A stretch of 63,922 nt of DNA, filler included, from Collodictyon triciliatum (taxonomy: Eukaryota): assembly GCA_043381765.1 (NCBI GenBank). It is 6 parts of 6 records of this genome, joined end to end, with 100 filler letters (N's around TTAATTAATTAA, not from the genome) between each part and the next. Parts side by side here need not be neighbours in the genome. Positions count along the whole stretch, not along the records: positions 43,818 to 57,039 come from JBHJMP010002035.1; positions 57,140 to 61,928 come from JBHJMP010002123.1; 4 more parts are not named here. One strand, 5' to 3'. Below are positions 50,101 through 62,028 of this stretch, in pieces. The position numbers were made by a program, and so were the translations under genes. How positions within the stretch are numbered: position 1 is the first letter of the stretch; the number at the start of each line of letters is the position of its first letter. Under the pieces are notes generated by a model, which did no database searches, was not told the DNA's origin, and saw only the letters and a list, made by a program, of their open reading frames with translations.

Positions 50101-52135
50101 AAAATTAGTCGCATGAGTCAAGGTGGTCAGATAATTATTACTGAAGTAGTTCATCAGGTAGTTTATCTCGTATCACGTATCATATATTATATATTATGTA
50201 TTATGATTATTTTTTTTTACAACTGACCAATAATAATAATTAGTGTATTTATAATGTTTATTAATTTTTTTGAAAAGGAATTGGACGACAAAATCAGACT
50301 AGTAGAAGTAGAAAATACAATTCAAGAAATTCGAAATGAGCATGTCCAGGATGAGTCAAATATGCCATTATTTGAGGTTTTTTTTTTAAAAAAAAATAAT
50401 AATTTAGTCATAAGACTTTCTTTCATAATATACCGACGAGTATCTGAATTTAAGATTTATTTTAATTCTTCCTAATCTACTGTAGGTTTGCCCTAAAGCT
50501 TTGGCAAAAAGATTGGAATACTTTAGTTTACAGCGGAATCAGTTTTGTCGTTTGACTCTCTCCAGTGATTTGGTTCGAAAACTGTTTACTATATTTATTC
50601 ATGTCATTTATATTTTTATATATTGACTTATTTCTTTTTATTTGCTGATTTACCGAATTCCCTACTAATGTATTTAATGTGTCGTACATCATATGATAAT
50701 CCAAGAGAGAGATTATTAATCATACTTTGTAGCAGTCTAAGAAAAGTGCTACCGGAGCTCCTACTCCCACGATTCCTAGCCAAGTTGTAAACTCAGATGG
50801 CGACCACGATACCGGCCACATGTACAATCATACTTTTGGAGTGATTAAGTCTCCTACGAGCATTAATTCAAACAAAATTCGTTTGGAACCTTTGCAAAAG
50901 AAATTAAGGGAGAAAAAGGATTGGGAGATAGACTTTAATGAGCTGAGTGAAGGCAAGCCGATCGGCTCTGGTTCCTTCGGTTCTGTCGTCTCTGGAGAGT
51001 ATAGAGTATGATGACTTTTTTTTAACAAAAAATGTGTTGCTTATGCGCTATAAATAATGCTCAGAATTCGTCGTAGGTATATATAGCTATATGCGATTTT
51101 ATTCCCCGCTTTGCTTGATTATTTAAATATGCATCACTTTATGGGAAATAGGGGCGCAAAGTAGCTATAAAAAAGATTATTGGAGCGAATCACAAAACTG
51201 CCGATGAAACCTACATACTTTTCCTAACCGAAGTATCCATATTCAGGTTTCTTAAGATTTTAACTTTAAACAGAACCTTATTTATGAACATTGATGTGAC
51301 GAACCAATCATACCTCCTTTTTAGTGTTACTTTAATGGAACAGGGTATTTTGTATTGTAGGAAACTGAAGCATCCAAATATCGTTGAGTTCCTCGGAGCT
51401 TGTACCGAGGTTTCTCGATTGGCCTTAGTTATGGAGATGGTAGAGTTTGGTAATTTAAACCAAGTACTGCACAATCAATCGATCGCAATCGACGGGAAGC
51501 AAAAGTATTTTTCATATAATTTATATTTCAGTGGTAGGCAATTTCTCTTCTAAGATAAGACTTTGCAAACCAGAGCAAAAATCATCGACGGAATAATCCA
51601 GGGAATGACATATTTGCATTCATTTAACCCTTTGATTCTCCATCGAGATCTGAAGTCTGCAAATATTTTGGTACAGTGAAAGACTTTTGTTGATAGTATA
51701 CATTCCATTTTCCTTTTCCTTTTCCTTTTCCTTTTACTCTTCCTTTTCCTTTTCCTTTTCCTTTTCCTTTTCCTTTTCCTTTTCCTTTTCCTTTTCCTTT
51801 TCCTTTTCCTTTTCCTTTTCCTTTTCCTTTTCCCTTTCCTTTTCCTTTTCCCTTTCCTATTCCTATTCCTATTCCTATTCCTATTCCTATTCCTATTCCT
51901 ATTCCTATTCCTATTCCTATTCCTATTCCTATTCCTATTCCTATTCCTATTCCTATTCCTATTCCTATTCCTATTCCTATTCCTATTCCTATTCCTATTC
52001 CTATTCCTATTCCTATTCCTATTCCTATTCCTATTCCTTTGCTTACTCTTTTCTTTTCTTTTCTTAATCATTTATCATTTATCATTTATCATTTATCATT
52101 TATCATTTATCATTGATCATTGATCATCTATCATC

Positions 52136-52174
<39 letters not shown>

Positions 52175-52755
52175 TAGTTTCTCTTTTTTTTTCTTCCATG
52201 TTTCTCAAAAGCCAGTATGGGTCCAGAGACTTAAAACCATGATTATTTTTAGATAACCGAGACATTCGAGAGTAAGATTTGTGATTTTGGTTTTGCTCGT
52301 GTTAAAGCAAATAACCGAACCATGACAAAATGTGGTACCCTAGCATACCAAGCGCCAGAAGTATATCTTTTAGTCATGACACCCAAACATAATCTCGACT
52401 TTAATTAGGATTTACTTCTCATTCTTTATGAACTCCCAGTTACTCTGATTATAATATCGCTGCGTCTTACGGCTTTAATATGTACCCACAATTTTCATCA
52501 CAGGTAATGAAAGGGAAACGATACAATGAAAAGGCGGACGTGTACAGCTTTGGCATCATCCTTTGGGAGTTAGAGGCAAGAGAGCAGCCTTACAAAGGAA
52601 AAGACCCTCTGATGCTTCAGTTTGAGGTCATGAATGGTCTAAGGCCGGACACCACCGAGCTTCCGGACAAAGCGCTCACCTCCTTGATGCATCGATGCTG
52701 GAATGCCGACCCTGACGCACGTCCACACTTTAGGGAATTAGCTAGTTGTGAGTGA
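44196..52755 (+). CDS. Receptor kinase (5'-partial): Kelch repeats, CUB-like, Cys-rich, TM, TKL kinase, degenerate class III cyclase, second TKL kinase
   Basis: Kelch (LHIFGG, VIIIGG, FVLFGG..NDLWLF). CUB-like DGSGEAMYLENTNCTWIL. TM IWIITGVICGLVLIGSVVFFVL. Kinase 1: IGSGSFG/VAIK/HRDLKSLN/DFG/APE. Cyclase-like PEGNVCVVCT...WPYDLL...GLRIQMGVD...GGQIIIT. Kinase 2: IGSGSFG/HRDLKSAN/DFGFARVKANNRTMTKCGT. Confidence 0.88.
51707..52171. repeat. Compound intronic microsatellite (TTCCTT)n-(TTCCTA)n-(TCATTTA/TCAT)n
   Basis: Direct observation. Confidence 0.95.
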
Positions 52756-53014
52756 TGCCATCTGCCATCGAATGAACGATGAGAAGCTGTCAAACGCCAA
52801 GAGAGTGCCCAACGCCACGATTTAAGCCCCATAAGAATAAAGCGGCGGGTACCAAGCCCTTCGAACAAAGCAGCATAGTTTCTCCCGACGTACTTGCGAT
52901 AAAGAAAGGCGGAAGGAAACATACTCTTTTTTTTCCCCCCTTCTTTTCTTCTCACTGCCACACGATAAGAAAAACAAAGTCGCTTTTGCAGGAGTGACAA
53001 GACGCTCGACAAAG

Positions 53015-54888
53015 ATGGGCCTGCTAAGAAGCCTCAACGTTCTCATGATCGGTGCGGGACTCTGCGCAATCCTGCTTGGCTGTTATTCGCACTACGTCGA
53101 GCCATCATCCCCACTGAAGCACACCCACGAGAAAACCTTCTTTTCGTCTTTTATGCCTGCGTGAGTGTTGCAGAACTCTTTGACTGCCAGCCTTTTTTTC
53201 TTTTTACCTTTTTTTGAAAGTCTTTTTCAGACGCGGGCGACCCTTCTGCAAAAGTGTGCGGGTGCTTCGTTTGCCTCCGGCTTTGGAAACCTGTCTCAGT
53301 CTTTTCCTCTGTATTAGTTTCTTGAATGTACTTACCGCTAGTCAAAAGGAAAAGATGAGACTGGACAAGAGCGACTTGTTCCGTGATATCTCTGGACACG
53401 TGAGTTTACTTTACTCATAACACAGTATGGCAGGGGGTTCACCTACGAACTCTACGTTAATTCTAAAGATCCTGAAGTTTTTGCTCAATATTTAATTGAT
53501 TTATTATTTTATTATTTTCTTGTTTCCTTCGTTTATTCGATATTTTGTAGCCTTTTTATTTTCCTTTTAAAATTTAGCAGAATATATTCTTTCGTAATAG
53601 GTCATCGAGATTGGAGTAGGAACCGGAGCCAATTTTGAGTTTATGCCATGGTTTGTTGGACCATAAACTCAGAAGGTTTTATGTGGTTGGGTCGAAAGAT
53701 AACTTTCAACAGCTTTATAATATATTTCAAACGTGCAGGAATAACATCACATCATACACGGTAGTGGAGCCAAATGAATACATGTTTCCGTACATCGAAG
53801 CCGAAGTTAATCTTCTCGGAATAAAAAACATCCAGTATGTATGATTTTTTTTTAAAGAAAATGAGAAAACAGGCATTTCATCTTAATTCAATCTAAAGAA
53901 GCTGTCTTTTGCCAATAATGAATAGATTGGAAAAAATAATATAATTATACTTGGTATGCAGTTATGTTTTGGACTCAGCCGAAAACATTTCGACTTCGGC
54001 GGTGCTTCCTCGACTGAAGTTCGATAGCTTAGTTTCTACACTTGTGTTGTGCTCGGTTAGATTAACTCTATCAATTTCAATACCAATTTTAATCACAATG
54101 ATGAGTTAAAATGAGAACCCAAGGGAATAAGTAGACCTAGTAAAACAGAGGGAAAATAATGTGTTGATCTAGTTTTCATATTGCTGATAATTGTACACTA
54201 TATTTCAACCACATTTTGTGAGGACATCTGCACTCCATCAAACTGATAAAGGACATACACAACAATATTTTAAGGTTGATGATGTAGATGAATCTCTTTT
54301 GCAGTTTCGAAATCTTTTAGTGCCTGGGGGGAAGTATTATTATTATGAGCATGTAGCCGCCCCAGATGGGTATGAATCTGTGTTCATGATGATGATACAC
54401 ATAATACATAGTAATTCTTTCGCTGCATCATGATTTGTACCTCTTTTACATACTTCTTGTGACACAATCTTGATTTTCTGAAACACTCCTTTTCTATTTG
54501 AAACAAAGCAATCAAACAAATTATATAATCTGTTGTATAGCTCTTTGATTCGAGTCACCCAACGAATACTAAGATTTGCTTGGAATCAACTTTTCGATGG
54601 TAGCTATTTTGGCTTAATTCCTTCAAATATTTTACCAAACACTCTTCCATTTAAATCATTTGCATATCTTGAAAACTGTTTTGCCTTAATATTCGTCCTG
54701 AAGTGAAAATCAGCCATTGAAGAACACTCTTCTTGACTCAATCCTACTTAACCTCACCAGGCTGCTGGATCGACCGGGAGACCCCGAAAGCGATTGAACG
54801 CGCTGGATTTGTTGATATCACCGCAAAGCCAGGCTTCTTGGCTCCAATCGTCCCAACAATCATGGGAACTGCAACTAACCCCAAATAA
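53015..54888 (+). CDS. METTL7/TMT1-like class I SAM methyltransferase with N-terminal anchor
   Basis: VIEIGVGTGANF motif I; STLVLCSVDD; LLVPGGKYYYYEHV; FDGCWIDRETPKAIERAGF; stop TAA at 54886-54888. Confidence 0.85.
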
Positions 54889-54939
54889 AATATTCACATG
54901 GATAATATTTTGTATTTCTTTTGCATGACCTATTACAGC

Positions 54940-56273
54940 ATGATGAAGACTTCGCAAGTTGCAGCCGGCTCTTCTGGTTCCAACACTGGCGCGGAAAAAC
55001 CCCGGGTTGCATGTAAGTCTAGGAAGACCCGTACAAGGGAGCCGCCTGCAAGTCTGTCTGATCGGACAGTATTTTTGCACGGGGTCGAGCAAGTCGTATA
55101 TAACAAATCAAGGCCCGCAGGCTCACAGATGCGCTCGCCTCCTTCTTGAATGCGAACAAACTTTGGGAAGAGTCCATCCAATTGCGCCTACCGGACAGCG
55201 AAGGCCTTTGCCTGATTGCCTTCCGCACTGCAGAAAATGCCCGAAAGCTTCTGGAGCTGAAGCAGGTAAGTTTGATTGATATTATGAGCAGCTTTAGCAG
55301 AAGTAAAACCAACAGAGACCCCGGTGATGCTTTACCAACTACCGCTGGGAAGTGTGACCGCAAGTCCTTAGTGAGGAGCTGAAGCCGTTCAGACCGACCC
55401 ACGTGGATATAAAAAAGGACAAAGGCTTCTTCACAGACACGGCCGTGGTGAAGCTTCTTTGTCACAAGAACCAGCTCCCTACAAAGTTTACAGTCATGGG
55501 CAAGAAGTGTCCGAAGCGCATCCTCAAAGAGCGTCCGCCAGCCGCGAACAACGAACGACAAGTAAAAGCCCCGCAAAAGAATACACCCGCCAAGCACACA
55601 AGCAGCAATGGGGTCAAGGAAGCCAAGGCCAGGCAACAACAGAGCCCGCAAGACTCACAGCAGATACGCGCATACAGCGACAGCGACTATGATATGGAAG
55701 GAAATCTCGGTTCCTCTTCAGAATCCTCGCACTCGAGCCCTCCATCCACCACCAGACAAGCCCGCACATCGCAAGACCCAAGAGCAGCGCATCTCCAAAC
55801 CCCGAAAGAAATCCCCCTTAAACTACCCATTCAGACTGACGTGAATATGGTTAACATAGGAGGCCTCAAGGTGGTCTTCGTTACATATCCGAAAGGAATA
55901 CTCCAAAGCGAAAGCAACACAAGAATCAGCGCCCACCAAAGTTAGTCCGTTTCCCCTGCCCCAGCCTGTCGCACCGAGAACCAAGGAGCAAGAGCAAACA
56001 GCACAAGTCGAATCCAAGCTTGGAACTTCACACACCAAAGACAGTCCGAGCAAGCAGGAGCGTATGTTTCTAAAACCACAAACGCGTAACCATACTCCGG
56101 TTAAGCAAAGTCCACTGCCGGCTACGCATGGTCCCGATGCCAGGGGACGGTCAAGCACCACTTCCGATAATACCAGACAAACAACGATGTATCGCTTTTT
56201 GTCAGAGTCGCCCAGCAAGAAACGCAAGGAAAGTGACCCGTTTTCCCCTCAAAAGACTCATCCAGTGGAATGA
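54940..56273 (+). mobile_element. Frameshifted ORF1-like (RRM-type) remnant of a putative non-LTR retrotransposon
   Basis: Intronless and GC-richer than its flanks, with a second copy at 16880-17167. Broken frame reads RTVFLHGV...CLIAFRTAENARKLL...EELKPFRPTHVDIKKDKGFFTDTAVVKL plus a long S/P/K-rich tail. No RT or endonuclease seen. Confidence 0.55.
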
Positions 56274-56736
56274 AATAGGATGTAAACCTTGTCTGAGTTG
56301 GGTGGTTGAAAGGACTCGTCGGAATCGATTTGAGAATTAACAGCCATGTGCGTACTTTCATCGACCCGACAACTTTATCCGCCCTTTTTTCAGTCTCGAA
56401 TACAACCAGAAATCGCGTTGGAGCTGATTCACCTCGGGTAGAATAGTCTGCGTGTGAAGAACACTTCTCTCCTTTCTATCTTTTTCTTTTTCTTTCCACC
56501 CAAAACTCAAAAACTCCAGCCACACAATCCAAGGGCTTTCTTTTGTCTTGTCCACAGCTCATTCATGTCCTAGAGGCGAAGGCGGTTTCCTTGGCTTTGT
56601 TTTCTCTCTATAAACTTTTAGAATGAAATCAACAAATAACAAACATTTAAAGAATCTTCTGGTGAACAAAGTCTTTCATTTCCCGAGTAAGGCAATATGA
56701 CAAGCCTCAAGATACCGGCTACAACAAATGGCGATT

Positions 56737-56814
56737 GAATCCGTAGTTTATCATTTTTTTATTTTTTTTTTATTCTTCCTTTTAACTTTTGTGCAGGAAT
56801 CCGTAGTTTATCAT
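56737..56814 (-). mobile_element. Micro-insertion family B copy 1 with 18-bp TSD
   Basis: GAATCCGTAGTTTATCAT twice (56737-56754, 56797-56814) around a 42-nt insert reading CTGCACAAAAGTTAAAAGGAAGAATAAA-polyA on the minus strand. Confidence 0.8.
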
Positions 56815-57039
56815 AAACAGGAAATTCCTTTTATCTGGTGCTTGCTGGAAAAGAAAAAAATAGTATGTTCCAAAATCGAACCTACGTCCGAATACACGAA
56901 CACTACGGTTATTACAATAATGGAAAATACAACAAAAAACAAAAACAAAAACAAAAAGCAAAACTGAACAAATAAAAAACAAAAATCAAAACAAACAGCA
57001 AAAAACAAACAACAAAAAAACAAAAAAAAACAAAAAAAA

Positions 57040-57139
57040 NNNNNNNNNNNNNNNNNNNNNNNNNNNNNNNNNNNNNNNNNNNNTTAATTAATTAANNNNN
57101 NNNNNNNNNNNNNNNNNNNNNNNNNNNNNNNNNNNNNNN
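57040..57139. other. Artificial scaffold linker
   Basis: N44-TTAATTAATTAA-N44. Confidence 0.97.
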
Positions 57140-57786
57140 TCAAGTCCGTGTCTGGATGCCATTCAGATGGGTTTTCATGGTTTGGTGACCAGCCGTAACG
57201 TGAGCCGAGCGTGCATAGAAAGTATGGACATTCCTCGATGGATTCAAGGCAGCTGATGACGACCTATATAATCGAGATTTTTTTTTTGAAACTGATAAAA
57301 AAAATGAATGAAATAAAAAATCAAAAAGGAACTTGAATAATTCCCGCCAATCCATTTTCAGATATTTCACTGGTCAGCCCCCAGCGCAAGTCGATGAAAA
57401 CAAGGATGACACCCTTCTTCTTGGCAAAGTCTTTGATTCTGGAACAATTTTTTAACTGATCAATACACCGAACATATACATATATACTCATGGAATTTTG
57501 TAATTGAATAAAACAGTGTTACTTTTTTTTCGGCATTTGCAAAGAACTTGTCCCTTTCTTTTTGCATGTCTCGAAATGTGGAGGACATGAAGATTCTCAG
57601 GACTCTGGAGTCATAGACAGCAGTCCATTTGCCTTCGCCATCAGAATAAACTGCGGCTGGAATTAAGCCTCTGCGGATTTTTTCATCTGCTGGTGCGGGT
57701 TTTGGGGTTTGTTCCGTCTGTTTCTGGTCTCCAGATTCTTGCTGGTTGGCGGCGTCGGAATGTCTGTTTGGTGATGGCTCGGACAT
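57140..57786 (-). CDS. DUF4062-domain protein (paralogue of the 5625-14974 NLR-like gene), 3'-partial
   Basis: RVLRIFMSSTFRDMQKERD / FIDLRWGLTSE / CPYFLCTLGSRYGW; cut by the scaffold end. Confidence 0.85.
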
Positions 57787-58499
57787 ATTCCTATTGATTA
57801 AATGCGAATAATATATAGGATTAAGAATTGTCTAAAAATATACTATTATCATATGTTATTCTCTCTGTTTGACCGCCTCGGTTGATTCAAAACGATTAAT
57901 TGACTCGTCATATTTCCTTTCACATTTGATTTTCATGATTATTCCGCTAAAAGGAATACTATTGATAGAAATTCTCGGATAAATATATTTTTGCATAATA
58001 GTGAGGTTTAAAACTCCACCCTTGATTACAATCTTATTTTTCTACTATAAAATGATGAATCTTTAACTAAGCCCATATTTGAAAGTAAAAAAAAAAAAGT
58101 AAAATAATGTATTTATCATGAAAGACGAAGCCTTTTGAAACAAAGTATTTGCTTTTAGATTATGCATTATGTTATATTGAAAATTTATCTGATAACAAAG
58201 AATTAGTTTAGTTTAGATCATTCTGACCCATTAGCCAAATCATGCTTGAATGTCATATATGAAAAAAAATTATTCTCATTAAGTTAAACAAAACATATTT
58301 ACAAAAATACGTCTCAAATAATCCAGCAGCCGATGCGATAGGCCTGTACATACCTTTACTTACGTACTTAGTCTCCAAGGATGGCATAAAATGTAAATGG
58401 AACAGTATTTTAGTGATAACCTTTAGGCAATTTCGAGTTGTAGATAATTAGAAGCCATAGTCTGACCCAAAAGGAAACTAGCACATTTTTCATATTATG

Positions 58500-60088
58500 A
58501 ATACTTACAAATGAAAATGTCGATTGCGATAATCAAGAGGTATGGTCCATCATAATCCCGTAGATTTCGGAAATGGTTCGACAAATCTGCATATTTGTTG
58601 TATATATCAGATTTAGATCAATGAGATATATAATATTTGCCTTGTGTGAATGCGGGTCAAGCAAAATAAAATTAAAATATAAAGTTGGCATTTTAATTGT
58701 TTAACACATGATAAAGAATGGGTGACTTCATGACCCATAGAATAGTCTAACTTTCAAATCAGGCATAATCTGAGAAGATGAATCGTATTGTCAGAGTTTG
58801 AAGCATATGGGCGGTGGATGCAGATCGAATTAGCTCCATTTGGTTAATTTTTCTTAAAAAAAATCATTTTATCGTAGATAATCGTTGTTGAAATATGATT
58901 GATATCTGAGTACATATAAGAAATACTCACAGAAAAAAAAGGGCGTGATCTGTCTGCAAAAAAGGCGGTTCGGCCATCAATTTCAGATGTGGAAATATAC
59001 ACTTTTAATCTCATATGTTGAGTTGGAGGGGAGACGTGTATGTATTATTTGGAAATCTTCAAGCCTACAAATCCTGCAAAAAAAAAAGAACTTATTTAAT
59101 TATGGGTAGAATGATGATATAAACCCCCTTGAATAGTATAAAGAAATGTTATATAAATATGAGTACAAAGCTCAGCGTATAATAAGCCTCCATATGTTGG
59201 TAAGAAGGCCTCGAACAGTGGGTGTATAGAGGCAGTGCCAGTGCGTTGTTTGTAGTCTCACATGTCCGGGGGAGGGGTGGTGTCTGACGTATCTCTTTTT
59301 GGTGCGGGTTCATAACATTAACAATATCATTAGCCTGCTCTCTTAACAATTTCCCCTGACATTATCAATTATATACTTCATTAAATATGATTCCTGACAC
59401 AAATCCGGACAGCATAATGGAGGCCCAAGTTAGACTTTTTCTGGTTTCTATTGAAATATCAATACTTTTCATAAAATGTATGTGAATTAGAAGCGTCATA
59501 TGAAGTTGCTTTACTGCCAAGGGAAACTCCTAACATAGACAATTGAGACTGTTTTATGTGAATTTAGTAAACGAACAAAGACATTCACCTTTATCTGTAA
59601 AACATTTAGATTGCTAATTGGCTGCTGTAAACGCGGAATTGTAGCGTAGATGCATGTACCTCCAATTCAAACAAAAGACTTTCATCAAATGATTCTTGAA
59701 TCTGTGTGGTAAAGAAAAATTAATTTGGAGACTAGGTGCCCAATACAATCTCTTGTGTAAGCTCACGATTATATATTCATCTGTACCTTGAAATTGTAGG
59801 AGCCGCAAGAAAGTCATTTCCCAGTCCCCTTAGATTTGAAAATTATAGTTTTCTGAATTTTTTTGGTATTTTTTGAATGATTAGACAATGACATACTTAC
59901 TTCCACACACAACACACAAAACACCCCGACCGCTCGTTGTTGGACCATTACTCCAGGCTGTCGGGAAAACTAGGAGCCGCCAATACTTCACCCCTTTCAC
60001 ACCAAAGTAGTAGATTGAAATGGTTCCCTTTCCCACGGATTTTGTCTTTTGTCTCTTCCATTTTTAACGGTATCTGAGCTTCATCCAT
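58500..60088 (-). pseudogene. Probable degraded multi-exon gene, family not recognised
   Basis: ATG at 60088 and several clean phase-0 GT-AG junctions, but in-frame stops at 59948-59950 (TAA), 59814-59816 (TGA) and 59045-59047 (TAA). Confidence 0.35.
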
Positions 60089-61769
60089 GAGTTGAGTTTG
60101 AATAGTTTCCGATTGAAGATGAATACTTCAAAATTTTAAAAATGGTATGTTGAATGAAGGAATGTGATTTTTCATTTGGTCCATGAAGTAGCCAGTTTGA
60201 ACCATTTATCGAAAAAAGGCCATTGGCACGGAATGAAGTTTGTTTGTTTCTCATTTTGTTATATTTTTGCTAGGCGAATTGAAACTAAGTGTGTGCGTAT
60301 TTTTTTTTCTATTGTTGAATATCAAACGTGTGATCAATTATCTGTCATGTAAAATTTATCATTTTAATCATATTTTTATTTTTAGAGGTAAAACGTACCA
60401 GGTATGTTGTATGGTAAAATTTGATCAGAACCATACTGCTCTACTATCAGAATGCTAACAAAATCTAGCTTAAAGATTCCACTATCCTGTAAAATGTCCG
60501 ATAAATACTCTAACTATGATTTTTTTTTGAAATATAATGCGTTCAATATGATGAGAGTATAGTTTATAAGATAAATAAATACATATATTTCAAAAAATTG
60601 AATCGATCAAAATTCATAGAATGGCTTGTATAAGACCAAAATATGCGAGCGCAAAGACCCGTGTGTGGTGAGATAGGAAAAATGAGCCCTTCTTGCTAGT
60701 TCGCCAGGTACTGCTATGAAACGCTTTTCTTAGAGTCCACCCTGAGAAAGCATTTTATGATTCCAGTAGCCATAATTTTGTATGAATCAAAAAGACATCG
60801 GGTATAATTCTCTTAAAATCTTTTCATATCGTAAAATTCAATCATCCTTGTTTTTCGAACATCGTTTCTTTTAATTCATACATCATCCAATCTCATTTAC
60901 GCCCTGTGAGAAGTAAATGTAAAAATTTGCCAAGATAACAAGATAAAAAAAAACAGAATGCACCGTTTTTTAATAATAAAATCAATTGCATGTGGATTAA
61001 GTCTTGTAAAGTGGATCAAACTTGAATTCGGCTGATTGAAGTGTGATTTTTTGACTTAAGGTGCTGCGTGGAAAGGACGACTATCTTCGGAATATTAGAA
61101 TGGATTATCGTTTGGTTGTGTTTCCAAAATATTGAGTTGTATTGTGGTAACGATTTCCATTTTAAAGTCAAGTATATTTCTTTGGAGTCTACACAACAAA
61201 TCAAAAACATTAGTCTTACCCATTCCACTAAAGATTTTTTTCAGAAGCCATGCAAGATTATCAGCTGTTAATTGTAATATGTTACATATTATATATCGTT
61301 ATTCAAGGAAATCATATGTTTTTTAATTTGAAAAAAAAGTAAATCAGTAAAAAAAAGTGATGGAAAATATCATGAACAGGAAAAAGAGTACCCGCTTTTT
61401 GATCATGCAAAATTCATTAAGCTTTCTTCAACGATGGCAAATATTTGAGTAAACTATAAATGTTGCGGATAAAATCAACTTAATATTTTTAAAACCGTTT
61501 CTATTCTACGAAGCAAGTATAAAAAAACTCTGGTTATTGTGAGTGAGGTAAGTTGCTGATTAAAAGATTTCATAATTAATTTTCCTGTGCCAAATGAGCA
61601 GCTTCAGTCGTAGGGATGTGGTCAATACGAATGAACCTTTTCTCTTTTTTTTTTTTTTTGGCACAGCTCAATCATTTTCTCTATCATATGGATAGTGTGG
61701 GTTATTTAGATGTGATTTATATATACGTGAATAATAAAAGTAAATATCGACATATATTTTTATAAAGCC

Positions 61770-61829
61770 TGTGATTGATTTTTTTTTTATTCTTCCTTTC
61801 AACTTTTGTGCAGGACCGAGGGGGGGGTG

Positions 61830-61837
<8 letters not shown>
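61770..61837 (-). mobile_element. Micro-insertion family B copy 2
   Basis: Same core as 56755-56796 (polyT-ATTCTTCCTTTYAACTTTTGTGCAGG on +) with a slightly longer 5' end; imperfect flanking duplication TGT(G)ATTGATT. Confidence 0.6.

Positions 61838-61928
<91 letters not shown>
61831..61928. repeat. (ATTG)n microsatellite
   Basis: Direct observation. Confidence 0.95.
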
Positions 61929-62028
61929 NNNNNNNNNNNNNNNNNNNNNNNNNNNNNNNNNNNNNNNNNNNNTTAATTAATTAANNNNNNNNNNNNNNNN
62001 NNNNNNNNNNNNNNNNNNNNNNNNNNNN
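61929..62028. other. Artificial scaffold linker
   Basis: N44-TTAATTAATTAA-N44. Confidence 0.97.

Noticed and set aside
54600-56340. ORF1-like element inserted inside a METTL7 intron
   Set aside because: The methyltransferase terminal exon (54761-54888) ends before the element starts.
56870-56900. tRNA T-loop-like GGTTCGATT on the minus strand
   Set aside because: No T-stem pairing or cloverleaf.
58500-60088. Stop-codon reassignment suggested by in-frame TAA/TGA (also a TGA or frame problem near 34015)
   Set aside because: Conserved genes end in TAA, TAG and TGA and encode Trp as TGG without internal stops. Pseudogenisation, an indel or an alternative acceptor explains these cases.
17168-62028. 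Repeated TTAATTAATTAA palindrome in N-runs, and any gene-neighbourhood argument across them
   Set aside because: Identical 100-nt six-frame-stop linkers are assembly artefacts; genes on either side are not known to be adjacent.
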